The position numbers and the translations under genes are program-made. A DNA stretch of 59,652 bases, the filler included. It is 4 parts of 4 records of this genome, joined end to end, with 100 filler letters (N's around TTAATTAATTAA, not from the genome) between each part and the next. Parts side by side here need not be neighbours in the genome. Positions count along the whole stretch, not along the records: positions 1 to 21,214 come from SRR22947727_1941; 3 more parts are not named here. One strand, 5' to 3'. The notes beneath the pieces were generated by a model. The model had not been told where the DNA came from and searched no databases. It was given only the letters and a program-made list of their open reading frames with translations. Positions 9,698-19,474 of this stretch are shown piece by piece. Numbering within the stretch: the stretch's first letter is position 1; every line of letters begins with the position of its first letter.

Positions 9698-10943
9698 CTC
9701 TCACCATCAGGCCGCTGCGGGGCGAGGGGCTGGGCACCAGCTGCAAGGAAAGGTCCTGATCCGGTTCCAGCTGCAGCTTTACCTTCTGGAGCAGACCTAC
9801 CACCATCAAACGAATCTCCAGTTCCGCCAGGGCCTTGCCGAGGCACACCCTCTCTCCTCCTCCAAAAGGGAGCAGAGTTTGATCAAAGGAACCATCAAGA
9901 TGGCGTTGGGGGCGGAAGTGGGACAGATCGCTGCTATCCATTTGCCCAGAGGGGCTAAGGGCCACCTGGATCACACTGTTCTCTGGCACCTCCACATCCG
10001 CTAACTCAATCTTGCGCAGGCTGCGGCGGAAGAACCCACCCACAGGTGGGGTCTGGCGCATGACCTCCAATACCGTGGCATCAAGACGAGCTGATTGCGG
10101 TATTGAGCTGGCTGGCCACGGAGACTCCATCAGCTCAGGAAGCAACCATTGCATCACCTCCGGCTGGATCAGCAGGGCCCGAAACAGGCAGCTCAGCGAT
10201 GAAGCTGTGGTCTCATAGCCGGCGAACAGCAAAAGCAACAATTGTTCCGCCAGGTCATCGTCATCCAGCGGAATCCCAGCTTCATCAAGACCACCACTAA
10301 TCAGATCAAGCCCCCCCCGATTGCTGCCCTGTTGCAACACCTGCTTGATGCGCTTAAGCAAACGCTGGCGTGCGGCCATGGCACGAGCGAAGGGAGTACC
10401 GGGGATCGCCAGAGGAAGTGAAAACAGGGCCTTGGTCCAGATCTCAAAATCAGCGAAGAGCACCTCGCGGCTTTCTCGATCCAGCCCCAGAACAGTGGTG
10501 GCGATCACCGCAAAAGCAAAGCGGCGCATCATCGCTGATAACGACACGCAACCAGGGCTTTGGATCAGATCATTGGCGAGCTCATCGATCAGCCCGGTAA
10601 TCGATGGGGTGTAGCGGACCAACGCAGCGCTTGAAAACAACTGCCCAACAACCCTGCGCCGGGCTTTATGGCCAGGTCCGCTGCGATTGGCCAAAGAGCG
10701 GCTCCCAAGCAACTGCTTCACACTTTCGGGCCACCAGCCCTCTAAGGAGTCGCCTTGATTGAGCAACTCCGTAATCGCTCGTTCTCCGCGGATGAACACG
10801 ATGCGCTGCGCCAGCAACTTGGTGGCGAACACATCTCCATAGGCGTCAAATCGCCGCTGGGCAAACGACGGATCATTGAAGAAATCAAGGGTCTCCTTGA
10901 GTCCGGTCACGGCAGCGGTGCTGGGCAAAGGCTTTGCAGTCAT
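9669..10943 (-). CDS. Cytochrome P450 (canonical, picocyanobacterial type)
   Basis: LLFAGYETTAS I-helix, EVMR (ExxR), PQRH and LPFGGGERVCLG heme motif. Confidence 0.95.
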   Translation of the reverse strand: MTAKPLPSTAAVTGLKETLDFFNDPSFAQRRFDAYGDVFATKLLAQRIVFIRGERAITELLNQGDSLEGWWPESVKQLLGSRSLANRSGPGHKARRRVVGQLFSSAALVRYTPSITGLIDELANDLIQSPGCVSLSAMMRRFAFAVIATTVLGLDRESREVLFADFEIWTKALFSLPLAIPGTPFARAMAARQRLLKRIKQVLQQGSNRGGLDLISGGLDEAGIPLDDDDLAEQLLLLLFAGYETTASSLSCLFRALLIQPEVMQWLLPELMESPWPASSIPQSARLDATVLEVMRQTPPVGGFFRRSLRKIELADVEVPENSVIQVALSPSGQMDSSDLSHFRPQRHLDGSFDQTLLPFGGGERVCLGKALAELEIRLMVVGLLQKVKLQLEPDQDLSLQLVPSPSPRSGLMVRAMPTTDRHP

Positions 10944-11123
10944 GGGCCCAAGCGCTAGGAAGCCATCAAGCTATCGCTTTAATCAGCTGCTTTTTTGAGG
11001 GCAGACGGCGCATCCAACGTTTTTAGAGAATTAAATAAGGCAATGAGTGAAGTCCTGGTACAGAAGGAAATCACCGTGTTTTTTGCGTTCTAAATTACAA
11101 ACAGAGAAGAGAGAGGGTTTGTC

Positions 11124-12512
11124 ATGAACAAGAAGGTGGTTGTACTAGATACCAATGTTCTTCTGCATGATCCAGAAGCTCCGAGCAGCTTTGGATCTGA
11201 TCGCATTGTTCTCCCGATTCAGGTGATCGAGGAAATTGATCGTTTCAAGCGGGATCCTTCTGAAAAGGGTCGCAACTCCCGTCGGGTCGCCCGGTTGCTT
11301 GATGGTCTGCGGGAGCGGGGCAACCTCGCAGACGGTGTTCCATTAACGCCTGATGGTGACGGCACCCTCGAAGTGGCGTTCTGCCGGGCTGAGACCTTGG
11401 CCCAGTTGCCACCGGAACTCCGCGGTGGCGGCGGCGACAACAACATCCTGGCTGTAGCTCTGGAACAGATGCGGGCTAAGGGCCTAAGCGAAGCTCCAGA
11501 GGTGGTGTTAATCACCAAAGACACCAATTTGCGCATTAAAGCTGATGCCGTAGGCCTGGCTGCGCAGGATTACGCCAACGACAAAGTGGCGATCTCCGAC
11601 CTCTATCCAGGGGCAAGAGGCGTGAAGGTCTCAGCTGATCTCATCGATGAGCTGCATCAAAATGGACGTCTTTCCTTGAAGGCCCTGCCCGCTGAAGCGG
11701 TGGCGTCGTTGCAACCCAATGAGGGGGTGACGCTGATTGATCGAGACAGCTCAGACCACACCTTCCTGGCTCGTCAACACGGCGATTCGGGAGAACTAGA
11801 ACCTCTGGTTTGGCTGAAACGCGCCCGCCTCGGTCGCCTAAAGCCACGCAACCGCGAACAGAACTTTGCCCTCGATTTGCTGCTGGACCCATCTGTGGAA
11901 CTCGTCACCCTTGTGGGTAAAGCCGGAACCGGCAAAACCTTGCTAGCGATTGCAGCCGGCTTGCATCAGGTGGCGGATGAGCATCGCTATGCCCGGCTGC
12001 TGGTGACCCGTCCGCCAATCTCACTCGGCAAAGAGATCGGCTTTCTGCCAGGAACTCTGGACGAGAAACTTGCTCCTTGGATGCAACCGATCGTGGACAA
12101 CCTGGATTTCCTGACCGGTGATGCCATGAGCAATGAGCAAAAGGATGATCGCCGCCGCCATGGTGGTGGTCCAAAAAGCTCCTGGTCTGATCTCCGCGAG
12201 ATGGGACTTCTAGAAGTAGAAGCCATCAATTACATCCGTGGACGATCGATTCCTCATCAATTCATGGTGGTCGACGAGGCACAAAATCTCACCCCTCATG
12301 AGGTGAAAACAATCGTGACTCGTGTGGGTGAAGGAACGAAGATCGTGTTCACCGGTGACCCTTATCAGATTGATAACCCCTACGTGGATGCGGAGAGCAA
12401 CGGACTCACTTGGCTCGCAGAGCGCTTAAAAGGTCAGACCCTCGTGGGTCATATGACCTTGACGCGGGGGGAACGAAGTGCATTGGCTGAACTAGCAGCC
12501 AACATGTTGTGA
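11124..12512 (+). CDS. PIN-domain PhoH family protein (PhoH2/YlaK type)
   Basis: N-terminal PIN (VLDTNVLLHDP, ITKDTNLRIKA), then PhoH ATPase (GKAGTGKT, IRGRS, VDEAQN, GDPYQID). Confidence 0.93.
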   Translation: MNKKVVVLDTNVLLHDPEAPSSFGSDRIVLPIQVIEEIDRFKRDPSEKGRNSRRVARLLDGLRERGNLADGVPLTPDGDGTLEVAFCRAETLAQLPPELRGGGGDNNILAVALEQMRAKGLSEAPEVVLITKDTNLRIKADAVGLAAQDYANDKVAISDLYPGARGVKVSADLIDELHQNGRLSLKALPAEAVASLQPNEGVTLIDRDSSDHTFLARQHGDSGELEPLVWLKRARLGRLKPRNREQNFALDLLLDPSVELVTLVGKAGTGKTLLAIAAGLHQVADEHRYARLLVTRPPISLGKEIGFLPGTLDEKLAPWMQPIVDNLDFLTGDAMSNEQKDDRRRHGGGPKSSWSDLREMGLLEVEAINYIRGRSIPHQFMVVDEAQNLTPHEVKTIVTRVGEGTKIVFTGDPYQIDNPYVDAESNGLTWLAERLKGQTLVGHMTLTRGERSALAELAANML

Positions 12513-12523
12513 AGGAGCAGCCC

Positions 12524-13420
12524 ATGGTTTCAAATTTCATGGATTCAGGCTTGCCAAGTGAAAATCCAGCCCGAGTGGCTCACAACCTTGAGCAGATTAT
12601 TCACTCGGACACCTATCGACTCGCGCATCAGGATCTTGATCTTCTCAATCGTTCCTCAATGCGTGGCGTAAGGATGTTGCTGGAAATCAGCAAGCCTGAG
12701 CTTTTCTTGGAGGAGGCTGGCATCACCTCAACAATCATTGTGTTTGGAGGTGCACGCTTACAGGAAAAGTTAGCTGCAGAAGCGAGTCTTAAGGAAGCGA
12801 TCAAAGAGCTGGATGCAAATCCAGATTCAGCAGAATGGAAGCGAAAGGTGAGTCGAGCCAGAAAGATGGTGGAACTCTCTTCGTATTACGACGCAGCAAG
12901 GGAATTTGCTTTTCTAGCCTCCCATTTTGGTCAATCAGGACCAATCTCAGGGCCTAGTTGTTCTACCCATGTGATTGTGACAGGAGGTGGTCCTGGAATC
13001 ATGGAAGCAGCTAATCGTGGTGCTTTTGATGCTGGTTGCCGTTCAATCGGACTGAATATTGAACTGCCCCATGAACAAAATCCTAATCCATACATCACGC
13101 CAAATCTCTGCTTTAAATTTAATTATTTTGCACTACGTAAATTTCACTTTGTGATGCGTGCCGTAGGTGCTGTTTTGTTTCCAGGTGGTTACGGCACCCT
13201 CGATGAGCTTTTTGAGTTATTGACGCTGCGGCAGGTGGGAACACAACATGCCATGCCTATTGTGCTCTTCGGCAAAGACTATTGGTCACGACTGATTGAT
13301 TTTGAGTTTATGGCTGATTCAGGACTGATTGATGATGAAGATCTCAAACTAATCCAGTTTGCAGACACGGCTACTGAAGCCTGGGATCTGATTCAAAATC
13401 AAACCTCTAATCCTGGATGA
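12524..13420 (+). CDS. LOG family nucleotide phosphoribohydrolase (lysine decarboxylase-like fold)
   Basis: TGGGPGIMEAANRGA and FPGGYGTLDE motifs. Alternative GTG start at 12509 overlaps the phoH stop. Confidence 0.9.
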   Translation: MVSNFMDSGLPSENPARVAHNLEQIIHSDTYRLAHQDLDLLNRSSMRGVRMLLEISKPELFLEEAGITSTIIVFGGARLQEKLAAEASLKEAIKELDANPDSAEWKRKVSRARKMVELSSYYDAAREFAFLASHFGQSGPISGPSCSTHVIVTGGGPGIMEAANRGAFDAGCRSIGLNIELPHEQNPNPYITPNLCFKFNYFALRKFHFVMRAVGAVLFPGGYGTLDELFELLTLRQVGTQHAMPIVLFGKDYWSRLIDFEFMADSGLIDDEDLKLIQFADTATEAWDLIQNQTSNPG

Positions 13421-13753
13421 GAGCTTCAAATTACAAATATTTGTCTTAATAACAACATCCCTTCTGCCTGAGTGTTTTGTAAATGAAAGATTCTCCGACA
13501 AGAAACAACTATGCTGGACAGCAAGCACTATTCATAAAAAACATATCTGCACATCAAGGCAATAGTTCTAGCCATCAACTGATCATTCAAGGACAGGGCG
13601 CCTGTATTCGCAATCCTTAAGCCGCAATCGCATCGATCCTCCTAAGGAAACAAAATAATGAAACCTCGAAAACTCACATCGGTTTGATTTCTATGGAGCC
13701 TGAAGATGACGTAACACCCTTGCTAGGATTGAATCTGCATCAAGTTGATTGTC

Positions 13754-14539
13754 ATGGGCGATATCTGGTTTGACGCCAATCATCTCGAAGCCTGGCTTGG
13801 CGGACAGCCCGTAATCCACGACCTTTGCTTAAAATTAAAAATTGGAGAGTCAACAACAATACTGGGGCCAAACGGGGCTGGCAAAAGCACAATCGTTAAC
13901 CTGATTAATCGCAGTCTTTACCCAATCGTTAAACAGGATTCTCATCTGGCAATTTTTGGAACGAGCACCATCAACATTTGGGAACTACGCTCCTCTATTG
14001 GAATCGTTAATAGTGACTTAGAAACAAGATTTCGTCCATCGATTCTTGCAAAAGAATTGATTCAAAGTGCCTTTTTTGGTTCAACACGACTAGGGCGTGA
14101 CCAGAATCCCAGCCTGGATCAAATCGCCAAAAGCGACATGCTCCTGAACCAACTGAATCTTGAGGCCTTCGCAGAGAAGCCCTATGGACAGCTGTCAGAC
14201 GGCCAGCGTCGCCGGTTGATGATTGCCAGGGCGCTCGTCCACAATCCCAAGGTGCTGGTTCTTGATGAACCATGTAGAGCACTTGATCTCAAGGCATGCC
14301 ATCAACTCTTGGAGACAATGCGAGAGCTGTGCCAAAAAGGCACCACCCTCCTGGTGATCACCCATCGGATTGACACCATTCTCCTGGAAATGAGAAAGAT
14401 TTTATTCGTCAAGCAGGGAAGAGTTTGCGCAGATGGCACTCCAGAGCAATTATTACAAGACCACGAACTAAGCAATCTGTTTAATACTCCCTTACGCGTA
14501 CTCGAGCACAAGGGATTCAGACAGGTCTTGCCAGGTTGA
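13754..14539 (+). CDS. ABC transporter ATP-binding protein (ModF-like), no adjacent permease
   Basis: Walker A GPNGAGKS, signature LSDGQ, Walker B LVLDEP and H-loop ITH. Confidence 0.9.
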   Translation: MGDIWFDANHLEAWLGGQPVIHDLCLKLKIGESTTILGPNGAGKSTIVNLINRSLYPIVKQDSHLAIFGTSTINIWELRSSIGIVNSDLETRFRPSILAKELIQSAFFGSTRLGRDQNPSLDQIAKSDMLLNQLNLEAFAEKPYGQLSDGQRRRLMIARALVHNPKVLVLDEPCRALDLKACHQLLETMRELCQKGTTLLVITHRIDTILLEMRKILFVKQGRVCADGTPEQLLQDHELSNLFNTPLRVLEHKGFRQVLPG

Positions 14540-14576
14540 GAACAAGTAGCTGATTGATGGTGTGGCCTTGATTAAT

Positions 14577-15143
14577 TTATGACGGTAAAAGAGAATACTC
14601 TTGAAGGGTGGTACAAGCAGCTATGTCAGCTGAGCTGTTGATCGTAAGCGGATGCGTGACCGCGCTCACGCGCTCAAACAACAGCGGATCTGTTGGAAGA
14701 GCAAGACGATTGGCAGCTTCCCGCCTGAACGCAAAAGGGGCTTGGCTGTAGAGCAAGCTCACGTGCGGATCAAGCTTGTACCCGTGCGCGTTAGGAGAGC
14801 TGAGGCACAACTGTTGGAACCAAGGCTGGAGTTCTCTGAGGGCTTCGGAGTTGAAACGCAGCACCAAACTCTGCGTGAATGTTTCGGTTGCCTCGATCGC
14901 TTTTGGGGAGAGCAAAACGGGTTGATGGCGATCGGCGAGTTGCTGGAGGCGATCGATCACCGTTCCTTCACTATTGGGCTGATCAGCATCAAGAGGGTGG
15001 CTGTAAAGGGTGATATGTGGAGGCAACATGCAAAACCCTCCCCCATGCGACATCCCCTCACAGGCCAGAAGCGAGAGCTGATTCAGCCTGACCTGCGCCT
15101 CTGGTCCAGGTAGCAGCCAATACGACACAGCTTGGCGAGACAT
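14577..15143 (-). CDS. 2H phosphoesterase (cyclic phosphodiesterase-like)
   Basis: Two Hx(T/S)L motifs: PHITL and PHVSL. Confidence 0.8.
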   Translation of the reverse strand: MSRQAVSYWLLPGPEAQVRLNQLSLLACEGMSHGGGFCMLPPHITLYSHPLDADQPNSEGTVIDRLQQLADRHQPVLLSPKAIEATETFTQSLVLRFNSEALRELQPWFQQLCLSSPNAHGYKLDPHVSLLYSQAPFAFRREAANRLALPTDPLLFERVSAVTHPLTINSSADIAACTTLQEYSLLPS

Positions 15144-15195
15144 TGATCCACCGTAGACAACTCAGTTCATCCACCAAGATGGGGATCGGAAGGAA

Positions 15196-15339
15196 TCATG
15201 CAGCCTCTGCGTCTGGTTCCTCATACAAGTGTTTGAGCTGATCCAATTCGGCCATCAGATAGTGAATCTCGAGCCAGTCCGTAGACAATTCAATAGCGGT
15301 TTCCAACCGCTCAATCTGACGCTGTAGAAGCAAGGACAT
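15196..15339 (-). CDS. Small acidic helical protein (47 aa)
   Basis: Hand translation gives MSLLLQRQIERLETAIELSTDWLEIHYLMAELDQLKHLYEEPDAEAA. Below the ORF-track cutoff and co-oriented with the 2H gene. Confidence 0.55.
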   Translation of the reverse strand: MSLLLQRQIERLETAIELSTDWLEIHYLMAELDQLKHLYEEPDAEAA

Positions 15340-15458
15340 CAGCCAGGGAACGGGTTTCGCTATAGAACCGCGATCTCAAAGTTATGCAAGCCCCCGTAGT
15401 GCCAGAAAACAACGGATGAATCCATCGCTATCTCTTGGGTTGACGATTGCGAGAAGAC

Positions 15459-16115
15459 ATGACGATTCACCCCAGTCGACAGCTCTCGCATGAACTCAGC
15501 CCTTGCTGGCATCCGGGAAATCCGTGACCACCTTCTCAAGGTGGATGTTGATCTCAACGCTCTGCCAAGCCTGCAACCAGGCGCCATCGCTGAAGCTGTG
15601 ATCCGCTGCGATCCGGATCCCGAATGGAGAGAACGCATTCTGCGAGAGATGACACTGGTTGCCATGTTCGACGGTTCCCCAAGTCCGGAAGCTCTTGCGC
15701 TAATGGAGCAAACAGAAACGAACTTCCAGGTGGTCTCCCACCACCTGTGTTTCGACATGACTGCTGCCATGTACTCGGGGGATACGGGACAACTGCTGCC
15801 GAGGAAGGCGAAGTCGTGGCATTCCAGGCTGGATTTGAAGGTCTCGATCCGTTCGACGTGATCATGTTTGTGATGGCCGCATTTGAACTCGGTGTAGGCG
15901 TTTCTCCGTTTCTTCCTGGTGAGTGGCGTCAACTAGATCCAGATCGGCTCTTCGCCGGACTCGAGCATGGCAGCCACGTCTCCTGCAATCTGATAAAAGA
16001 CATCGATGCATGGGCTCATTTTGCCGAGCCCATTGAAATCGTACGGAAACGTTTCTCCATCCCAGCGCGCGGTCGACATCCTGAATATCCCAACAAGGAA
16101 GTAGGTCTCAATTAA
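15459..16115 (+). pseudogene. Frameshifted/deleted gene with a Coq4-like HDxxH metal motif
   Basis: The frame of 15490-15861 looks coding up to ...EALALMEQT. Another frame then carries PGGLPPPVFRHDCCHVLGGYGTTAAEEGEVVAFQAG to the stop at 16115. Confidence 0.6.
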
Positions 16116-16317
16116 AAAAAGAGCTTGAGATATTGACGCAACAGGATCAGACCAAGCGAAGTATGATAATAACCACAAAATGATCAGCTAAAGGTCAGCA
16201 GCTAGAGAATAAACAAAATAGACACAACTCACATATAAAACATCTACATGCGAGTTCAATGACTGCAAATCTACTATAGCCTAAAGCTTGAACATCTAAA
16301 ACATAGCACCAAATAAA

Positions 16318-16551
16318 TTAAATCTCTTTGAGAATCAACCTTGTACGAATAAATTTATAAACAAGGTATTCAGGCGAATGATAAATCTTGGGAAGCGAAG
16401 AGTGCAATCGCTGAAGGCAATCCCAACAGATTGTTCGTTTAACCTTTTCAAGGCTGCTACCTGCCTCAACCAACAGTCTCAAGGCTTTGCAGTAGGAAGG
16501 GAAACCACTTTCCAGATCTGCAATTGTTTTTGGCTTTATAGTCATAGTCAT
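16318..16551 (-). CDS. DUF3136-like protein
   Basis: TIADLESGFPSYCKALRLLV...RTICW...LH.SLP..Y.SPEYL resembles picocyanobacterial DUF3136. Confidence 0.75.
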   Translation of the reverse strand: MTMTIKPKTIADLESGFPSYCKALRLLVEAGSSLEKVKRTICWDCLQRLHSSLPKIYHSPEYLVYKFIRTRLILKEI

Positions 16552-16976
16552 TGGTGATGACTAAAGGCCTGTTCAGTTTCAGCTGATGACAAGCTCTTTT
16601 GCTGTGTCAGGGATTACTTGATCAAGTATCAGAGTTTTGGGTGTATGGATCACGACATTGTTTTAGTATAATTCTATACGCAGATTGTTTAATGTCGCGG
16701 AGGAAGCGATGCAAATGCAGAAGGGCTTATCAGACACTGACAGCTCTTTCTTTGCCATCCAATCCGTAATCAATAACATGTAGGTGCCAGGTTAGAGATT
16801 TAAAGCATGAAAGACCGCAAGTGATTAGAGAAACTCTTGACACTGGTGACCACCCCCTGGCTTGGCGAGGTTGCAGTCATGAGCCAAGTTGGTATTCACG
16901 AGGACCATGCAAATAATGAAAGCTTATGTATTCTTTACAACATTATGGTGTAGTATTTTTTGCAGGACATCGACGG

Positions 16977-17006
16977 CTTAATCGAAAGTTAACAATACCT
17001 TGAACT
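16977..17006 (+). promoter_or_regulatory. Cyanobacterial Pho box (PhoB/SphR site)
   Basis: CTTAATCG-aaa-GTTAACAA-tac-CTTGAACT gives three YTTAAYYW-like octamers at 11-bp period, 75 bp upstream of pstS. Confidence 0.7.
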
Positions 17007-17081
17007 GCTCTTATCAGTGGCTGCATCTATTCGGAACTAGTTTTCAAAGGTGTCAAAAAATGGCATCACCAAGCATTACTC

Positions 17082-18062
17082 ATGAACTCATTTAAGAAGC
17101 TTTCAATTGCCACTATTTTGGTTGCATTTGGAGCTGGAGTCTCTACACATGCAGCTCCTCGATTGACAGGAGCTGGCGCTTCCTTCCCAGCCAAGATCTA
17201 CACCCGCTGGCTTGCAGATTTAGCCAATTCTGGGGGGCCACAGGTGAACTACCAATCCGTTGGATCTGGTTCTGGCCGTCGTCAGTTCATGGCAAACACG
17301 GTTGACTTCGGTGCATCGGATGATCCGATGAAAAAGAAGGACATGGCCAAGGTGAAGCGCGGCGTGGTCCAAATCCCCATGGTGGGTGGCACGATTGCGT
17401 TCGGCTACAACAAGCCTGGCTGCAACCTGAAGCTGACTCAGACTCAGGCTGTGCGTGTTGCAACAGGCAAGATCACCAACTGGAAGGATCTTGGTTGTTC
17501 CGGCGGCACGATTACTTGGGTGCATCGCTCAGACGGCTCTGGCACCACCAAGGCTTTCACAAACTCCATGCAAGCTTTTTCTCCTGAATGGAAGTTAGGA
17601 ACTGGTAAGTCTGTGAAGTGGCCTGGCAAGAATGCTGTAGGCGCCAAAGGCAACGAAGGCGTTTCAGCCGTGATTCAAAATAAGGTTGGAGCGATCGGTT
17701 ACGTCAACCAGTCCTATATCAGGGGCAAAGTTGTCGCTGCAGCACTACAGAACAAATCTGGCGAGTACCTGAAGCCCTCGGTTTCAGCTGGAGCCAAGGC
17801 ACTCAATGGGATCAGCCTCGATAAGGACTTAGCAGGTAAAAACCCCAATCCATCTGCAAAAGGTGCCTACCCCATTGCAACCTTGACATGGGTCCTGGCT
17901 TACAAGACAGGTAACGGCGCCAAGGCCAAGACAGTTCAAGACACGTTGAACTACATGCTGAGCAGCAAAGCTCAGAAAGTTGCACCTTCTCTGGGTTTTG
18001 TTCCATTGAAGGGCAACATTTTGGCGAAGTCCAAAGCTGCGGTGAAAAAGATTGGCAAATAA
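17082..18062 (+). CDS. pstS: Phosphate ABC transporter substrate-binding protein
   Basis: Signal peptide, LTGAGASFP, YQSVGSGSG, DFGASD, HRSDGSGTT and AYPIATLTW. Confidence 0.97.
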   Translation: MNSFKKLSIATILVAFGAGVSTHAAPRLTGAGASFPAKIYTRWLADLANSGGPQVNYQSVGSGSGRRQFMANTVDFGASDDPMKKKDMAKVKRGVVQIPMVGGTIAFGYNKPGCNLKLTQTQAVRVATGKITNWKDLGCSGGTITWVHRSDGSGTTKAFTNSMQAFSPEWKLGTGKSVKWPGKNAVGAKGNEGVSAVIQNKVGAIGYVNQSYIRGKVVAAALQNKSGEYLKPSVSAGAKALNGISLDKDLAGKNPNPSAKGAYPIATLTWVLAYKTGNGAKAKTVQDTLNYMLSSKAQKVAPSLGFVPLKGNILAKSKAAVKKIGK

Positions 18063-18126
18063 TCAAGAAAGATTGAGCCCATTCAATTTGGATTGATTGT
18101 TGTCAACAATTTGCTTCTAAATCCCT

Positions 18127-18151
18127 AGCCCCGCCGCCAGCGGGGTTTTTT
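18127..18151 (+). terminator. Rho-independent terminator after pstS
   Basis: AGCCCCGC-cgcca-GCGGGGTT followed by a T run. Confidence 0.8.
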
Positions 18152-18245
18152 ATTGCCCATGGACTTGGGAGTAGCGCGATGTGTTCTACGTATCCAATGA
18201 AGCTTTAAAGACTTACTAGCCTCTTAAGGAGACGTTTCCTCCGCT

Positions 18246-19430
18246 ATGTCTTCCTTGCTGGAGGTATTCCTTCAGTTTTTTGTCTTGGGTTGCACGTCCT
18301 TTGGAGGCCCTGTGGCCCACCTTGGCTATTTTCATGAGCGCTTTGTGCTGCGCGAACGTTGGCTCAAGGCTGATGCATACAGCGATCTTGTCGCGCTATG
18401 TCAATTGCTGCCAGGACCATCGAGTTCCCAGGTAGGGATGGGCATTGGCTTGATCAGGGCTGGATGGTTAGGAGGGTTAGCAGCCTGGGTTGGTTTCACT
18501 CTGCCGTCGGCAGTGTTGATGGTGGTAGCCGCAGCCTTGCTCTCGTCTCAACCAAGCTGGTTCGCAGATGGCTGGGTGCATGGCCTGCTGGTGGCTGCAG
18601 TGGCTGTTGTGGCCCAGGCAGTTGTTTCGCTCCAGCAGAAACTTGCCCCAGATCGAGAGCGGGCCACCTTGATGGCTTTATCTGCCGTTCTGGTTCTGAT
18701 GATTCCGCATGCTTGGGCGCAGCTACTGACCTTGGCTGTTGGCGGACTGGTGGGACTTGTGGTCCTTGCTCCTCCAGAGAACGCGTCCTTGCAGTCGAAC
18801 CGGCTTGTGGTTCCACTCAGACGGTGGCTTGCTCTGGTGATGTTGGGATTTCTGTGGGTGTTGTTGCTGGCTCTGCCTTGGCTTTCGGCGGCGGATAGAC
18901 CAATCGTTGTTCAACAGCTCAGTGGATTTTTACGGACCGGTGCGCTGGTTTTCGGGGGTGGGCACGTGGTGCTGCCCCTCTTGGAGCAAACCCTTGTTCC
19001 CCACGGTTGGATCGGGATTGATCAATTTTTGGCGGGTTACGGATTTGCCCAAGCCCTACCGGGGCCGATGTTCAGCTTTGCGGCATTCCTTGGTTTTGAC
19101 CTACAGGCGGGGCTTCATGGCCTCGGTGGCGCTTTGCTGGCCATAACGGCGCTCTTCCTTCCTTCTTTTTTACTCATTGGTGGCATCTTGCCGTTCTGGA
19201 GTGACCTTGGCCGTCTGGGCATGATGCGTCGAGCTCTTGTTGGCATCAATGCAGCTGTTGTTGGCATCCTGCTGGCCGCATTCTTTCAACCCGTTTGGCA
19301 ATCAGCGATTCGTGGTAGTGCGGAGTTCAGCCTTGCAATCACGGCCTTTCTGATGTTGATCTGCTGGAAGCAACCGGCATGGAGAGTTGTTCTGTTTTGT
19401 GCCTTGGTGGGGGGCTTGATTTTCTCTTGA
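18246..19430 (+). CDS. chrA: Chromate ion transporter (long-chain CHR family)
   Basis: Duplicated CHR domains: SFGGPVAH...QLLPGPSS and VFGGGHVV...QALPGPMF. Confidence 0.92.
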   Translation: MSSLLEVFLQFFVLGCTSFGGPVAHLGYFHERFVLRERWLKADAYSDLVALCQLLPGPSSSQVGMGIGLIRAGWLGGLAAWVGFTLPSAVLMVVAAALLSSQPSWFADGWVHGLLVAAVAVVAQAVVSLQQKLAPDRERATLMALSAVLVLMIPHAWAQLLTLAVGGLVGLVVLAPPENASLQSNRLVVPLRRWLALVMLGFLWVLLLALPWLSAADRPIVVQQLSGFLRTGALVFGGGHVVLPLLEQTLVPHGWIGIDQFLAGYGFAQALPGPMFSFAAFLGFDLQAGLHGLGGALLAITALFLPSFLLIGGILPFWSDLGRLGMMRRALVGINAAVVGILLAAFFQPVWQSAIRGSAEFSLAITAFLMLICWKQPAWRVVLFCALVGGLIFS

Positions 19431-19474
19431 TGTTGCTTTTACAGAATCATGGAATCTGGCGTTGATGGCTATGG

